A stretch of DNA of 35,784 nucleotides from a virus. Its lineage: Duplodnaviria > Caudoviricetes. The stretch is taken from positions 1 to 35,784 of the IMG/VR virus record IMGVR_UViG_3300016476_000957; one strand, 5' to 3'. Numbering within the stretch: the first letter of the stretch is position 1; the number at the start of each line of letters is the position of its first letter. This document shows, in pieces, positions 1 through 7,489 of the stretch. The position numbers were made by a program, and so were the translations under genes. The notes under the pieces are model-generated. The model did not search any database. It was given only the letters and a program-made list of their open reading frames with translations, and was not told where the DNA came from.

Positions 1-1
1 A

Positions 2-115
2 AAAAAATCTTTCTGTGCTAGAATGTCAGGCATGAAGAAAAAACTTACCTCTGCTAAAACAGCAAATGATCCTAACTCACGGATTAACAAGAGCTTACGT
101 AAATGGAAATGTTAA
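2..115 (+). CDS. 3' end of a small basic phage protein (SFCARM...SLRKWKC, DUF6321-like), truncated by the window edge
   Basis: Hand translation of frame +2: KKSFCARMSGMKKKLTSAKTANDPNSRINKSLRKWKC*. The motif is recalled from aquatic phage proteins. Confidence 0.75.
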   Translation, partial: KKSFCARMSGMKKKLTSAKTANDPNSRINKSLRKWKC

Positions 116-135
116 CCCCCTAAAACTATAAAACA

Positions 136-267
136 ATGATGAAGAAACCAATGGCGAAAAAAGCAATGCCTGCTAAGAAAGGTGCTGCTATGGCTGCAAA
201 ACCTGCAATGCCAATGATGAAAAAAGGTGGAAAAGCAATGATGCGTAAAGGCGGTAAATCCTGTTAA
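136..267 (+). CDS. 43-aa Met/Lys/Ala/Gly-rich basic protein (histone-H1-like composition)
   Basis: Not in the ORF track. MMKKPMAKKAMPAKKGAAMAAKPAMPMMKKGGKAMMRKGGKSC*, with an A-rich leader, filling the gap between neighbours. Confidence 0.75.
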   Translation: MMKKPMAKKAMPAKKGAAMAAKPAMPMMKKGGKAMMRKGGKSC

Positions 268-269
268 TC

Positions 270-428
270 ATGAAAAAGCACACTGGATTCAAAGCAGTTC
301 AGAGCTCTATCGCAAAGAAGCAAGGCATCAGTAAACAAGCTGCTGGTGCCATTCTTGCTTCTGCTACAAGAAAAGCCTCTCCTGCTGCAAAAAAAGCTAA
401 CCCTCGACTTAAAAAAGTAAAAGGATGA
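270..428 (+). CDS. 52-aa basic protein
   Basis: Not in the ORF track. MKKHTGFKAVQSSIAKKQGISKQAAGAILASATRKASPAAKKANPRLKKVKG*. The stop overlaps the next ATG (ATGA 425-428). Confidence 0.8.
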   Translation: MKKHTGFKAVQSSIAKKQGISKQAAGAILASATRKASPAAKKANPRLKKVKG

Positions 429-709
429 AACAGTTTCTTGCTAATTTTGGTATTGACCTAACCTTAATGATAACTGGTATGTTTGGTTCCCTCCTTATGG
501 TAAGTAAGCAATCTGCTAAGAATTGGAAAACTGCACTTCTTGGTATTGCCACTGGAACCCTCTCTGCTAATTATCTCACACAAATTGCGGTAGATTTACT
601 AGGATTACAAGGAAAAAGTGAGTATGGTGTAGCATTCTTGTTAGGCTACTTTGGTTTAAAAGGAGTGGAGAACTTAGCTGCCACTTATTTAAAGAGACAC
701 GAAAAATGA
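425..709 (+). CDS. Holin-like membrane protein (about 3 TM segments)
   Basis: 94 aa with three hydrophobic Gly-rich segments, a C-terminal GVAFLLGYFGLKGVE motif and a charged tail. Close to the spanin candidate. Confidence 0.6.
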   Translation: MKQFLANFGIDLTLMITGMFGSLLMVSKQSAKNWKTALLGIATGTLSANYLTQIAVDLLGLQGKSEYGVAFLLGYFGLKGVENLAATYLKRHEK

Positions 710-1008
710 TAACAGTTATTAGTTTTATCACACATCTTATCTTGGGGGGATGTCTTACAATGTTCTATTTATATTTGTATGGGGATAATGATAAAATTGT
801 ACATAACTGGGGTTTCATTCGACACTGGACATTGAAGTTTGGAATTATTACTATGATCTTGGGGGCATTGTATGAGATGCTCAAACAAGAAACTCCTACT
901 ATTCCTGCATTACTATTTGATATTGGTCTTACACTTGTATTTGTATGGGCTTATTTGTTCCATAAAAAAATGTTTAAAAAGAAACTAAATGGTAGTAAAG
1001 AAATCTAA
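706..1008 (+). CDS. Small membrane protein (3 TM, basic C-tail), possible holin/antiholin
   Basis: Three hydrophobic stretches and a HKKMFKKK tail; ATGA-coupled to the previous gene. Confidence 0.55.
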   Translation: MITVISFITHLILGGCLTMFYLYLYGDNDKIVHNWGFIRHWTLKFGIITMILGALYEMLKQETPTIPALLFDIGLTLVFVWAYLFHKKMFKKKLNGSKEI

Positions 1009-1183
1009 GTCAAAGGTTAATGCAGCTGGAAATTATACTAAACCTAGTATGAGGAAAAGTTTGTTTAACAAAATTAAAGCTGGTTCAAAAGGAGGAGATC
1101 CTGGTGAATGGTCAGCTAGAAAAGCTCAAATGCTTGCTAAAGAATACAAAGCTAATGGCGGTGGCTACAAAACCAAAAAATAA
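989..1183 (+). CDS. Small basic protein, N-terminal module of a DUF5872-associated protein
   Basis: Motif NYTKPxMRxxLFxxIKAGSKGGxPGEWSARKAQMLAKEYKxxGGGY. Confidence 0.75.
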   Translation: MVVKKSKSKVNAAGNYTKPSMRKSLFNKIKAGSKGGDPGEWSARKAQMLAKEYKANGGGYKTKK

Positions 1184-1419
1184 TGGCAACTAAAAAATCA
1201 ACAACAGCAAAAAAGACGGTGAGCAGAAAATCCTCACCTTCTGTTATTTCTGGACCTAGTAATTCAGAAATGAGAAAATGGGAAATTGAATCTGCAATGA
1301 GTACTTTACAAAGAGCAGTAGAGATTCAAAAAGATGCTAAGCTTATGGCAGATGTCAAAAGAATGGCAGCAGAAAAAGTAAAAGAACTTAACAGTATTGC
1401 AGCTGGTAAAATAAAGTAA
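1183..1419 (+). CDS. Small basic hypothetical protein
   Basis: 78 aa, TAATG-coupled on both sides, Lys/Ser/Thr-rich N-terminus followed by a helical segment. Confidence 0.75.
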   Translation: MATKKSTTAKKTVSRKSSPSVISGPSNSEMRKWEIESAMSTLQRAVEIQKDAKLMADVKRMAAEKVKELNSIAAGKIK

Positions 1420-1661
1420 TGGCAAAAGCAGCACCACAAAAGAGTCTAGACAGATGGACCAAACAAAAATGGAGAACTCCTTCTGGCAAACCTTCCGGTG
1501 AAACAGGTGAGGTATATGCTCCGTCTGCAACTATTTCTAAATTAAAAAGCACTCCTGCAGGTAGAAAAAAACTTGCAGCAGCAAATGCTAAAAAAAGAGA
1601 AGCAACCAAAGCTGGTAAACAATTTGCTAGTCACGGTCTACATAAAGGTAAAAAAAGATAA
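1419..1661 (+). CDS. Small basic protein, DUF5872-like module
   Basis: Motif QKSLDRWTKQKWRT...GEVYAP...KKREATKAGKQF; TAATG-coupled. Confidence 0.75.
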   Translation: MAKAAPQKSLDRWTKQKWRTPSGKPSGETGEVYAPSATISKLKSTPAGRKKLAAANAKKREATKAGKQFASHGLHKGKKR

Positions 1662-1825
1662 TGAAAGGTGTAGCACATTATAAAAAAGATGGGAGTCTTT
1701 ATACAGGTAGTACTCATAAAGATGCTAGTGGTAAACTTATGACTGGAAAAACTCATACTAAGTCTAGTGTTAATCTTTTTCATTTAAAGGAGTTACCTAA
1801 AAAAATAAGGGATAAAATAAAATGA
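1661..1825 (+). CDS. 54-aa His/Lys-rich basic protein
   Basis: Not in the ORF track. MKGVAHYKKDGSLYTGSTHKDASGKLMTGKTHTKSSVNLFHLKELPKKIRDKIK*. TAATG overlap at the start and ATGA overlap at the end. Confidence 0.8.
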   Translation: MKGVAHYKKDGSLYTGSTHKDASGKLMTGKTHTKSSVNLFHLKELPKKIRDKIK

Positions 1826-2325
1826 AAAAGTTAGTTATATTATTAGTATTAAGCAGTCTTTTAACATCTTGTTTTGTAACAAGAAAGCAAAGAGAAAAAA
1901 TCTGTAATGATTGTAAAACACATACAACTGAATATATCAGAGATAGTATTTACATCAAGGATACAGTTGTAACTGTTGAACCGGATAGCTCCTATATTGA
2001 AGCACTGTTAGAGTGTGATAGTTTAGGAAGAGTAAAAATTGTAGAGATGTCTAGTTTACAAGGCAAGCTTGTTAATCTAGAGTTGGCTTTAAAAAATAAC
2101 AAACTCAAAACAAAAGGTAAAATAGATACAGTAAAAATCTATGTACCAGGGAAAACTGAGATCCGTTATAGAACAAAAGAAGTTCAGGTAGAAAAGCCTG
2201 TAACCATCTATAAAGATTATTGGTGGAAATGGCCTTTAATTATTTGGTCTTTAGTAACAACATTGCTTTGTGTTATAACATATAGAAAAACAATATTCAG
2301 TTTTATTAAAACATTAATAGCATGA
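1822..2325 (+). CDS. Lipoprotein with C-terminal TM helix, probable unimolecular spanin
   Basis: Signal peptide MKKLVILLVLSSLLTS|C (lipobox), a beta-rich middle, and a C-terminal TM WWKWPLIIWSLVTTLLCVITY followed by RK. Confidence 0.65.
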   Translation: MKKLVILLVLSSLLTSCFVTRKQREKICNDCKTHTTEYIRDSIYIKDTVVTVEPDSSYIEALLECDSLGRVKIVEMSSLQGKLVNLELALKNNKLKTKGKIDTVKIYVPGKTEIRYRTKEVQVEKPVTIYKDYWWKWPLIIWSLVTTLLCVITYRKTIFSFIKTLIA

Positions 2326-2558
2326 CACCACAATATAGATTAAGAGAAGGAGTAACTACATTTATTGGATTACTCTTTTTGATTTCAGCATTAACAATGA
2401 TTGCAATGAACCTTTTCTATGAAAAGGATTTTGCAGCTTGGTCTACTATTATTCCTATTTCTTTGTTAGGCTGGGTTTTCTTATGGGCAAAAAACTCATT
2501 ATTAGAAGGTATTACCTTAGGACTATTTAAAGTAAAAGGAAATGAAGAAGGATCCTAG
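2322..2558 (+). CDS. Small 2-TM membrane protein (holin-like)
   Basis: Two hydrophobic segments; ATGA-coupled to the spanin candidate. Confidence 0.6.
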   Translation: MTPQYRLREGVTTFIGLLFLISALTMIAMNLFYEKDFAAWSTIIPISLLGWVFLWAKNSLLEGITLGLFKVKGNEEGS

Positions 2559-2847
2559 AATTGAAAGAGCCGGTGTAGAAGGTTTTAATAAACCTAAACG
2601 TACACCCAGTCATCCTACTAAGTCTCACATTGTAGTAGCTAAAGAAGGAGACCAGGTTAAAACAATCCGCTTTGGACAACAGGGAGTTAAAACTAACCAA
2701 ACTGTGGGCCAGAGAGAAGCTTTTAAATCTAGGCATGCTAAGAATATTTCAAAAGGAAAAATGTCAGCAGCTTATTGGGCAGATAAAGTAAAATGGAGTC
2801 CAAGCAAGACAGCATCTTCCAGCAAGAAATGGAAAAAAGGTAGTTGA
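2542..2847 (+). CDS. Small basic conserved phage protein
   Basis: Motifs KSHIVVAKEGDQVKTIRFGQQG, FKSRH and SAAYWADKVKW, recalled from aquatic phage hypothetical proteins. Confidence 0.8.
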   Translation: MKKDPRIERAGVEGFNKPKRTPSHPTKSHIVVAKEGDQVKTIRFGQQGVKTNQTVGQREAFKSRHAKNISKGKMSAAYWADKVKWSPSKTASSSKKWKKGS

Positions 2848-2891
2848 TTTATCAGTAATTATTTGTATATTAATATATAAGCTTATTTAAA

Positions 2892-4331
2892 ATGGCAACA
2901 TTTATCCAAGAAGTATTAGGACTTCTCTCAAAAAAGAAAACAGTAAAGACTCTTGTCCCTAAGAGAGACTACTTTCAGTTAGGAAGACAAAGAGATAGCA
3001 CGTTAGTAACTGGTGGTTACAATCCAGAGATGGATGCTTTAGGTATTAAAGCAGAAGATTTGATGTGTGTAATGCTATCAAATACTTTGCAAGGTGGTGT
3101 AAACTATGTACCTATTTTCTCCCCGGCTATCCCTGGAACTAATTGTGCAAAAGGACCTTTGGTAAATTCTAAGATTTATCAAAATCCTACTACAGGTACT
3201 ATTGAACTTTTAGATGATCTCAAAGTAGGTTTTGGTTTGTTTGATAATGCTGGTTCATTAGGAGCAGCTGGTCAAGTACTTACTTCAACTGCAACAGGTG
3301 TACAATGGACTTCAAATGGTTCTGGTACAGTTAATTCTGTTGATGCTTCCGGAGGTTCAACTGGTTTAACTTTCTCAGGTGGACCGATCACAACAAGTGG
3401 TGTTCTTACTTTAGGAGGTACTCTTGGAGTAGCAAATGGAGGTACAGGTTTAACTGCAACCCCATCTGCTAATCAGCTTCTTTTAGGAAATGGTTCAGGT
3501 TATAGCTTATATACTTTAATTGGAGGTCCCGGTATTTCTTACAATACAAGTGGCACAAACCTATTTATCAATAACACAGCTCCAGATCAAATTGTAACAC
3601 TTACTGCAGGTGCTAACGTAACAGTAACAGGATCTTATCCTAACTTTACTATTGCTGCTACAGGTGGATCAGGATCCGGTACTGTAACAAGTGTTGACGT
3701 TAATGGTGGTACTACAGGTATGACCTTTACAGGTTCTCCTATTACAACCTCAGGTACAATTACTATGGGTGGTACTTTAGGTTATGCTAATGGTGGTACT
3801 GGAGTAGCTGCAGCTGGTTTAGCTCAATTACAAGATCATTTAGGTTTAAAAGAATCTTATGTTAAAGTTAGATGGACTGGAACAAGTGCACCTTATGTAC
3901 TGTTTCCTTTTAATAATCCTTTAGAAATACCTTTTGATTCTACTTATTTTGCATTCACCAAAGGAACAGCGGGTGGTATTAACCTATCTCAAAGCTCAAC
4001 AACTTGCAGATTCCAACCAGCAGATAGTGGTATATATAGAGTTTTCTTATCATTAAATCTTGATAGACAGTATAATCCAAATGTTGAAAAGGTTGAAGCT
4101 TGGTTATTTGATAATACTATAGGGCTGAGAGTTTTGCAATTGATTTCAGCTTCACCCGCATCTGTAACAAGTACTATTCAAATTTATCAAGGTGAAAGTG
4201 ACTTTACATTAACTTCTGGACATGATTATTCAATTATTGTAACAGTTACCGGCAATGCCGGAGGATCTCCAGCATTACCTGTACTTAATTATGCTGCTAC
4301 TGAAGCATCTTTTAGATCAATTAGTATTTAA
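2892..4331 (+). CDS. Gly/Thr/Ser-rich tail fibre/virion appendage protein
   Basis: 479 aa with two copies of a GTVxSV...GxTFxGxPITTSGxxTxGGTLxxANGGTG module, a GQVLTSTATGVQW motif and a C-terminal beta-sandwich-like head. Confidence 0.7.
   Translation: MATFIQEVLGLLSKKKTVKTLVPKRDYFQLGRQRDSTLVTGGYNPEMDALGIKAEDLMCVMLSNTLQGGVNYVPIFSPAIPGTNCAKGPLVNSKIYQNPTTGTIELLDDLKVGFGLFDNAGSLGAAGQVLTSTATGVQWTSNGSGTVNSVDASGGSTGLTFSGGPITTSGVLTLGGTLGVANGGTGLTATPSANQLLLGNGSGYSLYTLIGGPGISYNTSGTNLFINNTAPDQIVTLTAGANVTVTGSYPNFTIAATGGSGSGTVTSVDVNGGTTGMTFTGSPITTSGTITMGGTLGYANGGTGVAAAGLAQLQDHLGLKESYVKVRWTGTSAPYVLFPFNNPLEIPFDSTYFAFTKGTAGGINLSQSSTTCRFQPADSGIYRVFLSLNLDRQYNPNVEKVEAWLFDNTIGLRVLQLISASPASVTSTIQIYQGESDFTLTSGHDYSIIVTVTGNAGGSPALPVLNYAATEASFRSISI
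3318..3803 (+). repeat. Internal 44-aa (132-nt) diverged repeat, copies at 3318-3449 and 3672-3803
   Basis: GSGTVNSVDASGGSTGLTFSGGPITTSGVLTLGGTLGVANGGTG versus GSGTVTSVDVNGGTTGMTFTGSPITTSGTITMGGTLGYANGGTG. Confidence 0.85.
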
Positions 4332-4609
4332 TTTTTTTTAAATCTAGGTGAACAACCAAGATAGATTCCGTTTCTGATAGATTGTTTTATATGTTTAGGG
4401 GCTCTGAATTTTTTCAGGGCCTCTTCTATTATACTATCATGTACACTTTGTTCTATCTCATAATCCATATAAGGAATTACTATCTGCCCTTTTTCATTTT
4501 TAGGAGATTCTTCCATCAGTAATTCAAAGTCTGCTGCAGGTGTAGATGCTGCGTATAACTCACAGTAAATATCCAGCATTAGCTTTTCTATTTTTTCTTG
4601 TCTTGTCAT
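4328..4609 (-). CDS. Hypothetical protein, last gene of the minus-strand block
   Basis: 93-aa ORF whose stop overlaps the convergent fibre gene stop (TTAA 4328-4331). Confidence 0.75.
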   Translation of the reverse strand: MTRQEKIEKLMLDIYCELYAASTPAADFELLMEESPKNEKGQIVIPYMDYEIEQSVHDSIIEEALKKFRAPKHIKQSIRNGIYLGCSPRFKKN

Positions 4610-4947
4610 TTTAGTATTTCTAATACGTAAATGGAATTCCTTGTTCTAAATCTAATCTTGTTCTTCTTTTTATAGAAGATTTCAGTGATGGTTGTTGTTA
4701 GCCAGGTAAAAGATATTCTTGGATCTAGCATAAGTGAATAGCCAACTTTAGGTTCATCATGCTTTGCTTTAAAACTCCCATTAGGATTAAACTCAATCCA
4801 TACTATGCTGCTACCTATTTTAGTAAGGCCATCAGATTCCCTTACAAGTTTATACTTGAATCTTTTGGGAATATTAAGTTTTTGTGTGTTCTGTTCAAGT
4901 ACTCCAGATACAGAATCATCTTTTCTAGATTTTTTATTTACCGTCAT
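4606..4947 (-). CDS. Hypothetical protein
   Basis: ORF track gives 4606..4986. Start moved to the ATG at 4947 (MTVNKK) to minimise overlap with the upstream gene. Confidence 0.7.
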   Translation of the reverse strand: MTVNKKSRKDDSVSGVLEQNTQKLNIPKRFKYKLVRESDGLTKIGSSIVWIEFNPNGSFKAKHDEPKVGYSLMLDPRISFTWLTTTITEIFYKKKNKIRFRTRNSIYVLEILK

Positions 4948-5236
4948 CTTCTTTATATTTAATGATCTCAATGTTATGACTATCACCTACAATTTTATTT
5001 AATAATATTGAAAGAGTGATTACTTCATGGTAATCAATTTGTTTGTTAAGCTTTGTAATAATCTTAACACCATTACCATCATCAAGTATTTCCAGTGCTG
5101 TGGTATCTCTGACACTATCAGACCAACACTGTGATTTACTATATTTTAGTTCAATATGCAGACCTTTGTCTGTTAATCTCTCATGGATAACATATTCTAG
5201 TTCTCCATCAATAATTACAAGTTCTTGTTTTGCCAT
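4934..5236 (-). CDS. Hypothetical protein
   Basis: 100-aa ORF with an A-rich leader, co-oriented with its neighbours. Confidence 0.75.
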   Translation of the reverse strand: MAKQELVIIDGELEYVIHERLTDKGLHIELKYSKSQCWSDSVRDTTALEILDDGNGVKIITKLNKQIDYHEVITLSILLNKIVGDSHNIEIIKYKEDDGK

Positions 5237-5257
5237 GATTTTTTTAAGTTAAGAGAG

Positions 5258-5284
5258 CCCGGATAGGACAGGGATCTATCCGGG
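5258..5284. other. GC-rich intergenic hairpin
   Basis: CCCGGATAG-N9-CTATCCGGG is a perfect 9-bp stem, with a possible outer GAGAG/CTCTC pairing. Confidence 0.55.
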
Positions 5285-5308
5285 GTTGGTTCTCTCTAGT
5301 AGTTTAAT

Positions 5309-5386
5309 CTAAAACCTGTCTTTGTTTTTTGCTAAGCCTCTGATAATTATAATACCAAGAATAAGGCAGATGGGTATCCACAGCAT
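5309..5386 (-). CDS. 25-aa single-TM micropeptide
   Basis: MLWIPICLILGIIIIRGLAKNKDRF*; the ATG overlaps the upstream stop (TAATG). Confidence 0.5.
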   Translation of the reverse strand: MLWIPICLILGIIIIRGLAKNKDRF

Positions 5387-6255
5387 TACTCTAACATCAT
5401 TTTAGAGAACTCAATAGAAGCTAAGTTAGCCTCAATATCTACATCAATTAAATGACTTTCATCAATCAATACATCAAAGTCTGCAATCTTAACTGTATCA
5501 ACAACAGTGTAGTTGTTGTTATTAAGAAATTCAACAGTCATGAAATCATGAAACTCTTTTGTGTTAGCTAACCAGCTTCTTGGATGAGTCTTTTTTAAAG
5601 CATGTGTAACATGATTATAAAAGGCCCATGCATTATCCTGATCAACATTATAGTTAAATGTTGGTTTCTCCATCTCACTTTTGATAATTGTAAGTTGAGT
5701 TGGCTCTAGAATTTCATGTTCATAGTAAAGACGGCCTATAAGTTCTGCTTGTTGCTTCTTAGACAATTCTACATTCTTAAGGTTATCTCTGTCTGCAAGA
5801 ATACGTTTAAATGTTTTCTCTGCATTTTTAATCTGATTAGAAATCTGAGAAATGATATCCATGTCTGCAGTACCTGTATGCTTTCTAGAGAAATTCATCT
5901 CACCACACACCATTCCATTATGACAAACCATTACATAAGCTCCAATTGAACATTGGAATCTAATAGATTTGTCATAAGAGTTTGTCCAGGCAAACATCAT
6001 TCCTAACTCATTCTCATTATTGATCTCTGAGTCTAATGTTGTAGGAGTAATATGATAAATACCCTGTGCAACATTTGCTCCTTGATTAGCTCTAAAGGTT
6101 TCTTTAGTAATCTTGAAGCCGCTATCTGTCAGCATTTTGACAGTATTATCCATCACAAATTTATGTGATATAACTGTGTAAGAGTCTGCATGGTTAGGCA
6201 GACTTGCATTTTCCAGAAACATTCTGGTCACTTCTGTTGGTTTTTTGTATCCCAT
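5386..6255 (-). CDS. DUF932-family protein
   Basis: Motifs SYTVISH, NSYDKSIRF, GAYVMVCHNGM, RKHTG and WAFYNHVTHALK. Confidence 0.75.
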   Translation of the reverse strand: MGYKKPTEVTRMFLENASLPNHADSYTVISHKFVMDNTVKMLTDSGFKITKETFRANQGANVAQGIYHITPTTLDSEINNENELGMMFAWTNSYDKSIRFQCSIGAYVMVCHNGMVCGEMNFSRKHTGTADMDIISQISNQIKNAEKTFKRILADRDNLKNVELSKKQQAELIGRLYYEHEILEPTQLTIIKSEMEKPTFNYNVDQDNAWAFYNHVTHALKKTHPRSWLANTKEFHDFMTVEFLNNNNYTVVDTVKIADFDVLIDESHLIDVDIEANLASIEFSKMMLE

Positions 6256-6275
6256 TGGTTTAAACTTTTATTGTG

Positions 6276-6307
6276 TAAATATAGTAATTAGAACTCAAAC
6301 AAACAAA
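6276..6307 (-). promoter_or_regulatory. Possible Bacteroidota-type promoter (near-consensus)
   Basis: Minus strand TTTG, 20-nt spacer, then TATATTTA (one mismatch to TAnnTTTG), upstream of the DUF932 gene. Confidence 0.35.
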
Positions 6308-7141
6308 TTAAAATATATATCTGATGGTTTTTTCATCAAAATATTTCTTGTATATACCTTTAAACTTGTCTATTAGTTTGTATTTATAGCTCAAAGGATA
6401 CCTCATTATTAGCTCACGGTTCTTAATTTCTGAGCTATATTTCATTAACTCTTGAGCTGCATCTGATGAACGAGCCATCTGTCTAGCATGATTTGTAAGT
6501 GCAATTACTTCACACTTATTTTCTCCTGCATGTTCTTTTACTTCTTTGAAAAGTTCCTCATAAGGTTCTTCCCAACCGGGGTAAAATATAACAGGACTGT
6601 AATTACAATGTACTTCCCATCCAAGATCTTTTAACCTATTGATATCCAGTATTCTATCTGAAATCTTTTGCATTTTAGGTTCCAGTATATCGGAATATAC
6701 TTGGGGCATTAGGCTAACTCTTACCCTAGGTTTTTTATTAAAGTGTCTAACATCAAGCTTTAATAAACTTGGGTACTTAGTAGCCATTGTTGTGTTTAAT
6801 CTTGGGTGATCATCATACCTTTTAAGATAATCAATCAGGGGTTCAGGTAAATGTTTCTGCATTAATACTAAATCTGTATTGCATGCTATATCTACCATAG
6901 TATATATAGGGTCTTGTTGATCAGGAACTTTGATATAATCTTTTTCCCATTCAACTACAGACTGGAATATGTCATCAACATTTGTGTTTACAAAGACTCT
7001 GTCTCCATTATATCTGGACATATAACAGTAAGTGCTAACACATCCACCAAAACAACCATATATTAGGTTAGGTGCAATGCAGTTAGCACTATTGTTATTA
7101 TCCTTAGTATCAAGAGTCTTAGTCTTTTGGACTTTAATCAC
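6308..7141 (-). CDS. Spore photoproduct lyase-family radical SAM protein
   Basis: NSANCIAPNLIYGCFGGCVSTYCYMSR, PDQQDP, DIACNTD, ATKY, RVRVSLMPQ, LEPK, GWEVHCNYSPVI and RY match the SPL-family pattern. Start placed at the GTG at 7141 because 7134-7313 is a separate gene. Confidence 0.8.
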   Translation of the reverse strand: MIKVQKTKTLDTKDNNNSANCIAPNLIYGCFGGCVSTYCYMSRYNGDRVFVNTNVDDIFQSVVEWEKDYIKVPDQQDPIYTMVDIACNTDLVLMQKHLPEPLIDYLKRYDDHPRLNTTMATKYPSLLKLDVRHFNKKPRVRVSLMPQVYSDILEPKMQKISDRILDINRLKDLGWEVHCNYSPVIFYPGWEEPYEELFKEVKEHAGENKCEVIALTNHARQMARSSDAAQELMKYSSEIKNRELIMRYPLSYKYKLIDKFKGIYKKYFDEKTIRYIF

Positions 7142-7313
7142 CTGAGATAATTTCCTGAATATCATTAATAGCAAGTTGACACTCATGATTTTCTGAGCCA
7201 CCTTCTTCTATTTCTGATAGAGCTAAATAATAGACATCCTTTATCTCTTCCTTTTTACTAGGATATTCTAGGATGCATTGTTGAACAAATTTAAATAAAT
7301 CTGATTTTACCAT
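7134..7313 (-). CDS. 59-aa acidic hypothetical protein
   Basis: Not in the ORF track. MVKSDLFKFVQQCILEYPSKKEEIKDVYYLALSEIEEGGSENHECQLAINDIQEIISGD*; overlaps both neighbours by a few nt. Confidence 0.7.
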   Translation of the reverse strand: MVKSDLFKFVQQCILEYPSKKEEIKDVYYLALSEIEEGGSENHECQLAINDIQEIISGD

Positions 7314-7489
7314 CTGCTGTAAGTAAATAGTACTGTAAAATAAAGCCAGCCTAAATGAAGTTTTATTTCTCTAGGTCCTGTCTTTGAGATTGCAAATAGA
7401 GGGATTGGATAAAAATACACATACGGGTATTGTCTCTGCCCTTGTTTTTTTCTAAAGAAGTTGTAGAAGTTTACTTTAATCATTTTCAT
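7307..7489 (-). CDS. Small aromatic-rich hypothetical protein
   Basis: ORF track gives 7307..7507; likely start 7489 or 7483. Fills the gap in the operon. Confidence 0.55.
   Translation of the reverse strand: MKMIKVNFYNFFRKKQGQRQYPYVYFYPIPLFAISKTGPREIKLHLGWLYFTVLFTYSRW

Noticed and set aside
1306-2736. Minus-strand ORFs 1306-1530, 1388-1609 and 2527-2736
   Set aside because: They are antisense shadows of well-supported, translationally coupled plus-strand genes.
3318-3803. Diversity-generating retroelement template/variable repeat pair
   Set aside because: Both copies are in-frame within one gene, differences are not adenine-specific, and no reverse transcriptase is present in the window.
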